Shown: positions 21,897 to 30,935 of the stretch, one piece after another
How the letters are laid out: each line of letters starts with the position of its first letter
How positions within the stretch are numbered: the stretch's first letter is position 1
Virus record (IMG/VR): IMGVR_UViG_3300015050_000746
Coordinates: 1 to 32,066 of that record
DNA from: a virus
Lineage: Duplodnaviria; Caudoviricetes
Direction: 5' to 3' (one strand)
DNA length: 32,066 nt
Made by a program: the position numbers and the translations under genes
Notes under the pieces: model-generated
What the model was told of the DNA's origin: nothing
Seen by the model: only the letters and a program-made list of their open reading frames with translations
The model's database searches: none

Positions 21897-24843
21897 GCTG
21901 GGCTTGCAGGTCTTCGGGAGAAAGCAGAAGCAGCCGTGCAATCTCATCACGCACCGCCTGAGGCTTGGCAACCGACATACCGCGCGCAAAGCCCGCAAGG
22001 GGGGCCACGGCAGCTTTACCGGCAGTAAGCGTCAACGCACCTAGCAAGTTGCCCGGGCTTTGCGCCATGTTCCGCGCCAGATCAGCCGTAAAGCCCGTGC
22101 TTCCGTCTTGTTCTGCCATAGCGGCCAAGGCTTCAGCCGTGACCGAGTTTGTTCCGGGAGCCATCCGACCACCCGACCGCGCCAACTCAATCTCAGCACC
22201 GATGCGCTGCATGAAGCTATCAGCGCCTTCAGGTCCGATCAGGCTGGCCAGTTTCTCGCGCGTCACCGGCACATTGAGTTGGTTAAGCTGGCGCGTGGAA
22301 AGCCGCCCCGATTGAGCGTCACGGAACAGCCGATCAGCGAAGCCAGCAACCAGCGCGTTACGCTCTGCCTCGCCCATGCGCTCGGTTGCTTGAGCAAACG
22401 TGCGTTGAGGGACGCCAACACCGAACAAGCGATCAGACTGGCGGAAGGCTTCTTCAAGTCGGATAGGGTCGCCACCGGCAGCCAAGGCGCGAGAATAAGC
22501 GCCTTCCTCCCCCCCTGTCAGCCTAACGAGTTCATCTCGAAACTGAGAAACAGCACCAACAACGCTACGGCCTTCTTCGTTCAGGTTCAGGCGACGGGTC
22601 GTGGAATCGCGATAGTTATTGACTACATCATCCAGCCCGCGCTTGACGTAATCGAGAGTTTGCATCGACGGAACTTCGCCGGGCAGAAACTCAATCTGAG
22701 GCTCACCAGGCCCTTCGCCCTCAAGATGAGCCAGCGCCCGCGCCTCCGCATCATCCGCCTCATTAAGCAGGCGCGCTACATCATCGTTCGCGGCTTTGGA
22801 AAGGTCGATGCCTTCGCGGTTCAAACGCTCATCAAGCGCCTCGCGACGGGCGCGCCGAGCAACAGCCGCCGCAGAACGATCAGTGTCGCCAACCGCACGG
22901 GCGTAGCTAGGATAGCCGCGCAGTTCTCCCTCAATGGCGTTAATCACGTCTTGAGACGAGATGCGCTGATAGTTGTCGGCGCTATCCGCCGTTGCGTCCG
23001 CAACGTCGCCGAAGAACCCAGCCGCCCGCGCACGGTCTGCCATTTGTTCCAGCGACAAACCTTCATCACGAACAGCACGCGAGCGCCAAGCCCCTTGACG
23101 GTTCCAAATATCAGCCCCGATCTGTGCCAGTTCGCCGCCATCATCGCGGACACCGCCATTTTGAGAAATAAACTCAAGAAGCGTCTGGCCTTGGCCAGCG
23201 CCGCGAACGCCACGGCCAGCGCGCATTGCGTCAAGATCAGCGAAAAGCTCAGGGTCGCGGGCCGCACGTTGAACCCCTGTTGCGCGAGGCTCATTGCGCG
23301 AGACAACAAACAGCCCAAGCTCTTCAGGATTGCGGCCCTCGTTCCGAGCAATCTTATAGGCACGACGCAACGCGGCCTGACCAACCGGGCGCGCAAGGAT
23401 GTTTTCAATCAGCGGCGACGGCTGAACCTGCATCGAATAGGCTTCGTCATAGATCGGACGCGCCCTAGCCCGTCCAGTCGTGGCGAGGTTCTGAATCATA
23501 TCCGCCGAACCGGCAGGGTCCATGCCCGTCAGGTCTGCAAAGTCCTGCACAACGCGGTTGGGCTGCTCGACCGCTCGCGCGCCAAGCTGCGATTGCGCCA
23601 TGTTTCCGGCACGGCCAGAACGACGGGTAAGCGCCGCCATGTTGGCAATACCGGACGGGCCAATAGCTTCCGCCGCCGTGATAGGCTTGCCCATCGCCGC
23701 AATCGGGTTTCCAGCCAGATCAGCACCGGACGATTCAAGAAGCCGAGCGAGGTACTGTTGCGCGCCCGTAGTGGCTTCCGGCGTAATCTCCGCTTCCGGC
23801 GCAACACGGCCAAAGCCACGGCTAAGAACAGAACCGGCCTCCGAAAAGCCAGAGCCGAGCCTGCGGAAGCCCTCGCCAACTATCGGAGCGGCACCCTGTA
23901 CGACGCCGCCCGTTCCGGCACCCAACGCCGCACCCAGCGCCGCGCCTTGCGCACGGTCCTCAAGACCGCCCTCGCCAGCCGTGCCGCCGTACACCGCGCT
24001 AGTCAGTCCGCCAACTTGCATAGCGCGACCAATCTGAGCACCGCGCGTTGCGCCTTGGCTAATATATTTGGTGCCGCTCAATCCAGGGACTAGCGCAGTT
24101 CCGACAAAGCCCGTGATACCGCCCGCGTCACGCAAGCCGCCTTCTTGCTCGTTAAGGACGGACTGCATATCGCGATAGTCGCTGCGAGCGTCTGAGAACG
24201 ACTGACCACGCGCGACCGCGCCAGCAAGCGTAGCGGCTTCATCCAGCAACGGAACTTGCTCGCCAGCGCCAGAGGCAAAAGCACCCATCTTGTCGAAGGC
24301 GTTTTCTTCGCGAGCGCGGATACCCCCGAAGACCTGATCGGTGTCCCGGCCTTCGGAATAGTAGGGCCTACCGCGCAAGGTCACGATTTGACGGAACGTC
24401 TCGCCTTCGTTCTGAGGCATGAGAACGCGAGCGCCCTCACCCAGCGAGGTCTGTTCTTCCGGCGTCAGGTTGTTCCAATCCACCACGCCTTCCGGCAGAT
24501 CAAATCCGCCATTGGCCGGAGGAAGTTCGGACATAGGGTCAACAGCAGGAGCCATCGCGGCAGCGCCGCCCATCTCCGGGAACATCTCGTCAATGTTGGC
24601 TTCGATCTCGTCGTCAGTGAAGCCCTGCGCGCGTTGTGCCGCGTAGATTTCTTCCCGCGTCAGGCCGCTGTCACCGACCGTCTGCGGAGCCGCTTGTGGC
24701 GCGCCTTGCAGGCGTGGTTGTGCGGGCCGTTGCGGACGTGGCGGCGTCTGGTCAAGACGAAAGCCGGGCGGCAAACCGTCAGCACCGGACGGAGCCGGAG
24801 ACACGGGGTCAAGACGAAAGCCGGGCGGCAAGTCTTGCATCAT
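21742..24843 (-). CDS. Large internal virion / DNA ejection protein
   Basis: ~1030 aa, A/G/R-rich helical; LPPGFRLD repeats, Gly-rich membrane-like segment, LDYVKRGLDD, NSVTAEAL. ATG 24843 overlaps the upstream stop. Confidence 0.8.
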   Translation of the reverse strand: MMQDLPPGFRLDPVSPAPSGADGLPPGFRLDQTPPRPQRPAQPRLQGAPQAAPQTVGDSGLTREEIYAAQRAQGFTDDEIEANIDEMFPEMGGAAAMAPAVDPMSELPPANGGFDLPEGVVDWNNLTPEEQTSLGEGARVLMPQNEGETFRQIVTLRGRPYYSEGRDTDQVFGGIRAREENAFDKMGAFASGAGEQVPLLDEAATLAGAVARGQSFSDARSDYRDMQSVLNEQEGGLRDAGGITGFVGTALVPGLSGTKYISQGATRGAQIGRAMQVGGLTSAVYGGTAGEGGLEDRAQGAALGAALGAGTGGVVQGAAPIVGEGFRRLGSGFSEAGSVLSRGFGRVAPEAEITPEATTGAQQYLARLLESSGADLAGNPIAAMGKPITAAEAIGPSGIANMAALTRRSGRAGNMAQSQLGARAVEQPNRVVQDFADLTGMDPAGSADMIQNLATTGRARARPIYDEAYSMQVQPSPLIENILARPVGQAALRRAYKIARNEGRNPEELGLFVVSRNEPRATGVQRAARDPELFADLDAMRAGRGVRGAGQGQTLLEFISQNGGVRDDGGELAQIGADIWNRQGAWRSRAVRDEGLSLEQMADRARAAGFFGDVADATADSADNYQRISSQDVINAIEGELRGYPSYARAVGDTDRSAAAVARRARREALDERLNREGIDLSKAANDDVARLLNEADDAEARALAHLEGEGPGEPQIEFLPGEVPSMQTLDYVKRGLDDVVNNYRDSTTRRLNLNEEGRSVVGAVSQFRDELVRLTGGEEGAYSRALAAGGDPIRLEEAFRQSDRLFGVGVPQRTFAQATERMGEAERNALVAGFADRLFRDAQSGRLSTRQLNQLNVPVTREKLASLIGPEGADSFMQRIGAEIELARSGGRMAPGTNSVTAEALAAMAEQDGSTGFTADLARNMAQSPGNLLGALTLTAGKAAVAPLAGFARGMSVAKPQAVRDEIARLLLLSPEDLQAQLTAAAGSSTPDAGALAKALQAAAGPGAGRTGAGFSQPDTQNARPANRRAAQ
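24750..24831. repeat. 25-bp exact direct repeat (24750-24774, 24807-24831) encoding LPPGFRLD twice
   Basis: ggtcaagacgaaagccgggcggcaa appears twice. Confidence 0.9.
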
Positions 24844-26336
24844 TGCGGCACCCACTGACCGCCGCGCCGCACCATGCGCTCACCGTTAGGGCCGGTAGCC
24901 GTCCGACCCTCCAGCGGGTCACGCACACCGCCAGTTGGAGCCAACGCGCCAGCGGTCGCCAGTTGTTGCTCTGCCGCGCTCCGCTGGCGCGTGGCCATCT
25001 CTTCGCCTTGGTTGATCGTGGCCATAAGCCCGCCTACCGACTGGTTAAGGTCGCCCGCTGTCACACGCTCAAGAAGCTGAATGTCCGCATTCGACGGGTT
25101 AGCGCCAAGCGATTTGGCCATGCCGACACGCAGACGGCCCGACGTATTCAGATACTCTTCCGTCGCCGCCACCTGCCGACGCGCGTTTCGGTCGCCAACC
25201 GCAGCCGCCGCCCGTGCCGCAAGCAACCGCTGCTCAGCACCAAGGCCGGAGATAACGTCGCCCGATTGCAGCAGCTCGCGCATCCGGCCAATCGTCGGCA
25301 TCACGTCCGTATCAATCGCGCTGATACGCCCCGTAATCTCAGTCGAGACAGGCGACGGCGCAACAGGACGCTCACGGCCCTGAATCTGTCCACCAATCTC
25401 GCCTTGCGGGCCGTAGAAAGTAGAAACCGCCCCTTCACCCGTCGTGACGACTTGAGGACGCTCCGCCACAATGCGCGCGGTCTGGTCGCCATAGGTCGGA
25501 GAGACGTTGCCAACATCAGTCACGCCGTTAGGCGCGGTCTGCATAATGTCGCCGCCCGCAACAAACGTGCGCGGGTTACGGAACGTCTCATCGGTTCCGG
25601 CAATACGTTGCGCGCTGCCCTCTGCCACGACTTGCGGCGAGTACTGTTGCGACACCGCCGTCGTAAACGCATCCGGGTTCGTCGCCGCCAACCAAGCCAT
25701 AACAGGGTCGTTGCGGATTTGCGCCGGAAGCATCTCCATCAACGCCTGCTGAGATTGGTAGTTATTCAGCATGGATTGTGCGCCTTGCAGATCGCCCGAC
25801 TCCGCCAGTTGGCGAATGTGCGAGGCAAGCGCGGGCGGGATTTGACCTTGCGGAGCCGCTTGTGGCGCAGCCTGCGGCATGGGTTGCGGCGGCTGCATCG
25901 GAGGAACGTCGGCCATCGGCATAGGCGCAGAAGGCATTCCAGCCGGAGCGGCGGAGGGCATAGGAGAACCGGCCACGGACGCAGCGGGGGCAATCGGAGC
26001 CTGTTGCGGAATCTGCGTGTTTGTTACCGGCGGGGGCGAAATGGCGTTGGCCAGATCGACGCCTTGCGGGACAGGCGCGGCAGGCTCAAGAATAGACGAA
26101 ATGCGAGCGCGGATAGCGTCGTCCGCCGCCGTGCGCTCTGCCTCCACCGCCTTCTCAGCCTTGTTCGCACCCCATTGGGTGATGCCTTGGGCAAGCAGAC
26201 GTGCGCCTAGTTCGCCGTATCCACCGCGAATATCGACCGGACGGCGTTGTTCCTCCAGCAGTTTGGCCAGCATTGCCGAACGGCGAACCGCAGGGCTTTC
26301 CAGCAACTGAGGGGCAGGCATGGGAGCGCGGGCCAT
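24840..26336 (-). CDS. Internal virion / DNA ejection protein
   Basis: 498 aa; P/A/Q-rich linker; GANPSNAD; C-terminal TATGPNGERMVRRGGQWVP; middle gene of the ejection trio. Confidence 0.75.
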   Translation of the reverse strand: MARAPMPAPQLLESPAVRRSAMLAKLLEEQRRPVDIRGGYGELGARLLAQGITQWGANKAEKAVEAERTAADDAIRARISSILEPAAPVPQGVDLANAISPPPVTNTQIPQQAPIAPAASVAGSPMPSAAPAGMPSAPMPMADVPPMQPPQPMPQAAPQAAPQGQIPPALASHIRQLAESGDLQGAQSMLNNYQSQQALMEMLPAQIRNDPVMAWLAATNPDAFTTAVSQQYSPQVVAEGSAQRIAGTDETFRNPRTFVAGGDIMQTAPNGVTDVGNVSPTYGDQTARIVAERPQVVTTGEGAVSTFYGPQGEIGGQIQGRERPVAPSPVSTEITGRISAIDTDVMPTIGRMRELLQSGDVISGLGAEQRLLAARAAAAVGDRNARRQVAATEEYLNTSGRLRVGMAKSLGANPSNADIQLLERVTAGDLNQSVGGLMATINQGEEMATRQRSAAEQQLATAGALAPTGGVRDPLEGRTATGPNGERMVRRGGQWVPQ

Positions 26337-27229
26337 TAGCGACCGCCTCCCATCGTGCCGATAGCCGCTCCACCAAGCTGGAACAGGCCATTCATGAGGG
26401 CTGTCTGCTGGCCCATCCGCGCCTGATAGTTCGCGTTCTGCTGGCCAATGCTCAGTTGGTTAGCGCCAAGAACATCCGTCTGGCCCACGGCAGTCGGCGT
26501 GTATTGAACGCCTTGCGGCATACCGACCTGACCCGTGCCGAGAAGGGCTTGCAGTTGGGCTAGCGGCTGATTCTGGACATAAGCCCGCTCTTGCAGGCCC
26601 TGCGTCCGCGCCTGATTACCGAATGTCCCGCCCGCAATGGCTTGCTGAATCGCGCGAGATTGCTCATCACCACCGGCTTGGATTGCACGGTTAGCGGCCT
26701 CGCCGTAAGCGTCGGTTCGATCTCTTGCAAAATCCTGACGAAGATTACGCGTAGCCTCGCTGTTTGCACCCAAGCCCTGAGCGGCAAGGCGCGCATCCTG
26801 ACTGCGCTCCATGCGGTCGAATTGCGGGTCAAGGCGACGTGTCTGGCTCGCATATACCGAATCCTCAAACCGTTGGCGGTCAAAGTTAGGCGCGTCAAAG
26901 CCTTGCAGTTCCGGCAGGCCCTCGGTGTTCAGCGGACGGCCAAGCGCATCGTTCACGCGACCAATCTGCTGCCCCGCCGTATCCAGCGCACCGCCATAAA
27001 CAGACGTGGAGCGGTCGTAGTTCTGCTGCTCACCGGGCGAAAGCGTCGTCTCTTGACGGTAGCCACCTGGTTGAGTGGGGTCGGCAACATATCGCGTCGT
27101 GCCTTGCGGGCCGCTAGTGCCAATAAGGTTCAAACGCTGTTGCTCGCGCGCCGTCGCGGTGTTAGCCGCGCCTTGAGCGTTGGCGAGCTGTACGGGGTCA
27201 GGGGCTGCCGGGGGCCGAGGCTTGCTCAC
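26336..27229 (-). CDS. DNA transfer / pilot protein
   Basis: MSKPRPPAAPDP N-terminus, Q/A-rich, C-terminal GLFQLGGAAIG. Confidence 0.78.
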   Translation of the reverse strand: MSKPRPPAAPDPVQLANAQGAANTATAREQQRLNLIGTSGPQGTTRYVADPTQPGGYRQETTLSPGEQQNYDRSTSVYGGALDTAGQQIGRVNDALGRPLNTEGLPELQGFDAPNFDRQRFEDSVYASQTRRLDPQFDRMERSQDARLAAQGLGANSEATRNLRQDFARDRTDAYGEAANRAIQAGGDEQSRAIQQAIAGGTFGNQARTQGLQERAYVQNQPLAQLQALLGTGQVGMPQGVQYTPTAVGQTDVLGANQLSIGQQNANYQARMGQQTALMNGLFQLGGAAIGTMGGGR

Positions 27230-27665
27230 TCACACGGTCCTTATTGAAGCGATGGGATGCCCATTCGCTTTCGAGGAGACCGGAGATGATGCAGTCGTCA
27301 TCACCATAACCACGCCGGATAGTCCCCTCATGTTTGAAACCAAACTTTGAGAGAAACTGGCGAGCGCGACGCAACTTCTTCGGCGTCAGGCTGGTGATTC
27401 TCGCCGCTCCTAGCTGATAGAACGGATAGCGCATGATGCCCGTAACGAGACGAGGCGTCAACCAATCAGGGCGAATCGAGGCAAAGCTAACCTCTATGTT
27501 GCGATATTGGGGCTGATACGCGTTGAACACGACGCCGCCGATGAGATTATCGTGCTTATCGACCACCCCGATGGCCTCGCATGGTCCCCAATCCAGTCCA
27601 TGCCCGATCTGGTCCGCTACCCATTGAGCGACGAGAGGGGAGAACGGGCCGCTGACAAGTTTCAT
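27198..27665 (-). CDS. GNAT-fold protein of the tail module
   Basis: AIGV...GGVVF, WLTP, YPFYQLG, KFGFKHEGTIRRGY; ATG 27665 after GGAGGA. Confidence 0.82.
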   Translation of the reverse strand: MKLVSGPFSPLVAQWVADQIGHGLDWGPCEAIGVVDKHDNLIGGVVFNAYQPQYRNIEVSFASIRPDWLTPRLVTGIMRYPFYQLGAARITSLTPKKLRRARQFLSKFGFKHEGTIRRGYGDDDCIISGLLESEWASHRFNKDRVSEQASAPGSP

Positions 27666-27694
27666 TTGCGCTTCCTCCAAGGCGTAGGCATTAT
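27666..27694 (+). promoter_or_regulatory. Candidate promoter for the tRNA-like RNA
   Basis: TTGCGC (27666-27671)-N17-CATTAT (27689-27694); the predicted start site (~27700) coincides with the first stem base. Confidence 0.5.
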
Positions 27695-27699
27695 ACGTC

Positions 27700-27866
27700 T
27701 TGCGAGCGGCGTGGAAAGCAGACACGCGGAGGACGCTCTAGATCATGCTGGCGACGGCTGCCTGATCTGATTGCCGGTTTAGCGCCCGGCCTCGCAACAT
27801 TCGGGTGATCGGCACTTGCTGATCCTGCCGGACAAGCGCCCTCGGTTCACGCCGGGGGCGTTTTGC
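27700..27866 (+). ncRNA. Structured tRNA-like non-coding RNA (no anticodon arm) with 3' hairpin and terminator
   Basis: Stems: TTGCGAG/CTCGCAA (7 bp), GCGTG/CACGC, AGATCA/TGATCT capped by GCTG-GCGA-CGGC, GCCGG/CCGGC, then GATCGGC/GCTGATC. Confidence 0.7.
27834..27866 (+). terminator. Rho-independent terminator on the plus strand
   Basis: CGCCCTCGG-TTCACG-CCGGGGGCG-TTTT. Confidence 0.75.
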
Positions 27867-29558
27867 TTACAACTGCCCGCCCGTCTGGTTCTGGAACTTC
27901 AGGTTAAAGGCCACAATCTCAACGGTCGAGTTGGTGGCGCGGGAAGGTTCCTGAATAGACACAATCCCATCGCCGTCATACGAAACCACCGTGTCATCAT
28001 CCACGGCAAGGTCGAGGAACAACAGCGGGTCCGGCTCAACCCTCAACCGCACGGCACCGCAGTAGCCAATCCCTGTAACGCTCGTCCAGCTATCGCGCGT
28101 CTCGGTCGCGGATGCCCAAACGCTGGAATCCCATACGCCGAAATCCCACGTTGCGCCCGTCGTCCTGATCGTGGTCGGAACCGCAGTCGGGATGCTTTCC
28201 TTAAAGTCCGTAACCACCTCAACGGCAGGCGAAATGTTGTTGGCAATCCGATAGACCGGTTGCAGCATCTCAAACTTCTTCAGGTCGCCGCGCGAACCGA
28301 AGTAGTTAAACGCCGTCTTCATATCCGCGACGATGCCCGTCTCATCATCCGCATAGCCCGTGTCCCACTGGCACACCGCGTCCGTCGTGCCAAAGTACAT
28401 CTGGTCATTGGCCACAGCCCAGCAAAAGGCGTTGATGCCCGTGAACCGGCACCATGCCCCCGTCTGGACGTTCTGCACGAACTGCACCGACCTCGACAAC
28501 GGGGCTTCCGGCACGTTGAAAATGGCCAGCGTACCCTTTTGATACAGCACCCCTTCCCAGCCGAAGTTGGACCGATACGACTGCGAAGCTTTCTGAAAGG
28601 CGTTTTGGATGCGCTGCGTCAGGGCGACGAGGTTTTCTTGCGCGCGATCCAGCTTCAGCGCCTGCGAGAGAGGCACAACGCCGTCCGTCGTCAGCAGCAC
28701 AAGGTCGGAACCGTACTTGATAAGCCCACGACGCGAGAGAGGCAGGCCAAGGTCATACACCCCCACCAATGCCCAGTTGTTGGCGTCCGAAGGGTCCAGC
28801 CCTTGATACACCGCGACCTGACCCTGCGTCGTAACCCAAACGGCCAAATCATCCGCACCGGAGCCGCTATCGAGCGTCCATGTGGCTTGGCAAAGGATAG
28901 AACCGCCCTTGTCGAAAATCGGGCCAAGGTCCAGCAGATTGGCTGTCCCCTGAATTGCAAACGGCTCAAGGTACCAGCACCGCAGGCTGTCCTCTTGCAC
29001 AAAGAACAGCCGCCCTTTGTGGTCCATCACGTCAACCAGGGTGCGCGGGTCCAGCGTAATCGCGCCCGCCGTGCCGGTGATGGCCGTAGCGGTAAAGGTC
29101 GTGCCTTCGTAATAGATCGGGTCGTCCGCACCGTTGGCGGCAATCAGAAACGTCCCCGCATCATTGGCGAAGTTAATCCACTGCCAACGGGCGCTGCCGG
29201 TCCCCGTATAGACCTCCACCGGCGTATCGTCCTGATTGGACACGTCATAGATCGAGCCGCCACACGCCGCGAAAATGTCGTCTGCTACCGATGCAAACCC
29301 ACCCCGCCAGACCATCAGCGTCTCAACGGGAAGCGGCAACGCCGTCTGCCACGGGATGAAACCCTTACGCAGTTCCACATAGCCCGCGCGCGGAATGAAG
29401 TTGTCCAGAATGACCGCGTTTTCAGGCGGCATATTGGCCAGCGGGGATTGAGCATCCCAACCACCCACCGGGGCCGGAATAGCTTTACCGACAGTCACCC
29501 GGCGCTGTGTGACCGACTGTAGGGCCTGCCGCCCGTAACCCCTGACAGCTTGCCTCAT
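27867..29558 (-). CDS. Tail nozzle / packaged-DNA stabilization protein (P22 gp10 / tubular B-like)
   Basis: PAPVGGWDA, NAVILDNFIP, beta-propeller-like repeats, VAVYQGLDP, TGAWCRFTG, AFNYFG; position after the adaptor. ATG 29558 overlaps the upstream stop. Confidence 0.85.
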   Translation of the reverse strand: MRQAVRGYGRQALQSVTQRRVTVGKAIPAPVGGWDAQSPLANMPPENAVILDNFIPRAGYVELRKGFIPWQTALPLPVETLMVWRGGFASVADDIFAACGGSIYDVSNQDDTPVEVYTGTGSARWQWINFANDAGTFLIAANGADDPIYYEGTTFTATAITGTAGAITLDPRTLVDVMDHKGRLFFVQEDSLRCWYLEPFAIQGTANLLDLGPIFDKGGSILCQATWTLDSGSGADDLAVWVTTQGQVAVYQGLDPSDANNWALVGVYDLGLPLSRRGLIKYGSDLVLLTTDGVVPLSQALKLDRAQENLVALTQRIQNAFQKASQSYRSNFGWEGVLYQKGTLAIFNVPEAPLSRSVQFVQNVQTGAWCRFTGINAFCWAVANDQMYFGTTDAVCQWDTGYADDETGIVADMKTAFNYFGSRGDLKKFEMLQPVYRIANNISPAVEVVTDFKESIPTAVPTTIRTTGATWDFGVWDSSVWASATETRDSWTSVTGIGYCGAVRLRVEPDPLLFLDLAVDDDTVVSYDGDGIVSIQEPSRATNSTVEIVAFNLKFQNQTGGQL

Positions 29559-29749
29559 AGCGTGAGCCAACCTCTGACGTACTCTGCTTCTTGATGAGCG
29601 TAGCGTGCCGCGTCTATCGGCGTCCGCCCTTCACGGGCCAGCGCAAGAGCGCGCTCGAATATAGCGTCTGATCGGCGCATGTATTCGTCTCTTGTAATGC
29701 CCAGCCGGTCCCATGGCGCAAGATACACCATGTCAATTCTTCGTCTCAT
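29555..29749 (-). CDS. Small hypothetical protein
   Basis: ATGA-coupled at both ends. Confidence 0.55.
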   Translation of the reverse strand: MRRRIDMVYLAPWDRLGITRDEYMRRSDAIFERALALAREGRTPIDAARYAHQEAEYVRGWLTL

Positions 29750-29940
29750 AACGCAACCCAAGCCCCCGAACGATTCTGATAGCCTTGCGAGCCGATGTAG
29801 AACAACCGACCGTCTGGGCTATCCGCAGCGGCAGGCAAAGCAGACCCGTAACCCGGCCCATAGACGGCCAGCAGCGCGTTGATGCGCTTGCGCTGCGTCT
29901 CCTGGTTCTTCGTGTCCGCGATGGTGAGAAACAGCATCAT
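29746..29940 (-). CDS. Small hypothetical virion-module protein
   Basis: 64 aa; SALPAAADSPDGRLFY...YQNRSGAWVAL resembles a short fibre-type beta module. Confidence 0.65.
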   Translation of the reverse strand: MMLFLTIADTKNQETQRKRINALLAVYGPGYGSALPAAADSPDGRLFYIGSQGYQNRSGAWVAL

Positions 29941-30635
29941 CCGGGGAAATTACCCATCTGGATGTTAGTCGGCCAGCCGTAGTAGCTGCCCCCGGTGCTA
30001 TCAATCACCGTGTTGCCGCCGTCCCGCGCCATTCTTTGCGTTCTTTCACTCATATAGCTGCGATAATCTTCGCTATATTCCAGACCCTTGGACTTCAGGA
30101 ACCGCCACCGGATGCCGAGCGGGAATAGCTTGTCATCTAGATAGGTTTCGTCTGTGTCGGCTAGGAACTCCTGCTGCGGAACGCCAGCGTCCGACTTCGC
30201 CCAGTATTTCGTGATGTACTCGTACGCAATCTCTTGCCCAGCCGGAGGCGTTGGAGTCACAAGGAACTGCCCGTCACGCTCCACGAACGCGAGGAACACG
30301 CGATTGAGTTGGGGCTGTGCTTGGATGGCCTGCCACTCTTGCGGAGTGATCGGGCCATAGACGTAGCGCATGGTCGTTCGGTTGAAGAACGAGTTAGCGA
30401 CGAAATGGTCTAGGTCCGCCGGAACCGCGCTGGACTGGACCGCGCTTGCGACCGTCTCAAAGAGGTGCTGACGGCGCATGATTTGCCAGTCATAGGCCCC
30501 CGCCAGCTCGTCGCCTTCCTCATTGGCCAGCGCGAGAAGCTGCTGGACCTGAATATCAGTCGAGGCGATGACTTCCGTAGGAAGCGGAAGCGAGAGAAGG
30601 CGGCAGGACCGGCGAATGATTCCGAGCAAATCCAC
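29937..30635 (-). CDS. Head-tail adaptor (tail tubular protein A-like)
   Basis: QLLALANEEGDEL...WQ, GPITPQEWQ, EIAYEY, ADTDETYLDDKL..LGIRWRFLKSKGLEY. Confidence 0.85.
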   Translation of the reverse strand: MDLLGIIRRSCRLLSLPLPTEVIASTDIQVQQLLALANEEGDELAGAYDWQIMRRQHLFETVASAVQSSAVPADLDHFVANSFFNRTTMRYVYGPITPQEWQAIQAQPQLNRVFLAFVERDGQFLVTPTPPAGQEIAYEYITKYWAKSDAGVPQQEFLADTDETYLDDKLFPLGIRWRFLKSKGLEYSEDYRSYMSERTQRMARDGGNTVIDSTGGSYYGWPTNIQMGNFPG

Positions 30636-30638
30636 GGC

Positions 30639-30935
30639 TTAGACCTTTGGCGGGCGTCCGCGCTTTTTCGGCAGCGGAGGGGTTTCTACAGGTTCGGCAG
30701 CCCCTCCCGGCTCCCCGTCGTTGTCATGGTCCATAGCTTCCAACGGCGCATGGTTGAAGGCTTCCTTCAGGTACATATCATACTCTGCGCCATGTGCCTT
30801 CTTGTCAGCGTCTGTCGCCAGACGCGGGCCGATGACAGACGAAGAATCCGCCTGAAAGCGGAACATGAGGCGCTTGCCTTCCTTGAAGAAGGTCGCCCCC
30901 GGCTTGTACATCACGTCACGTTCCAGACCGCTCAT
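30639..30935 (-). CDS. Hypothetical protein with C-terminal KKRGRPPK
   Basis: 98 aa; GAGG RBS; AT-hook-like tail. Confidence 0.75.
   Translation of the reverse strand: MSGLERDVMYKPGATFFKEGKRLMFRFQADSSSVIGPRLATDADKKAHGAEYDMYLKEAFNHAPLEAMDHDNDGEPGGAAEPVETPPLPKKRGRPPKV

Noticed and set aside
22060-24093. 677-aa plus-strand ORF
   Set aside because: Antisense shadow of the ejection protein gene. Arg-rich with no motifs or RBS; long shadows are expected in GC-rich coding DNA.
24636-26210. 524-aa plus-strand ORF
   Set aside because: Antisense shadow of the 498-aa ejection gene; R/H-rich, non-protein-like composition.
27700-27800. Call as a canonical tRNA-Leu/Ser/Sec or tmRNA
   Set aside because: No 7-nt anticodon loop, the T loop is 8 nt without TTCGA, no encoded CCA, and no tag frame. 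Kept as a tRNA-like ncRNA instead.
27816-29522. 568-aa plus-strand ORF
   Set aside because: Shadow of the nozzle gene; it also starts just before a plus-strand terminator.
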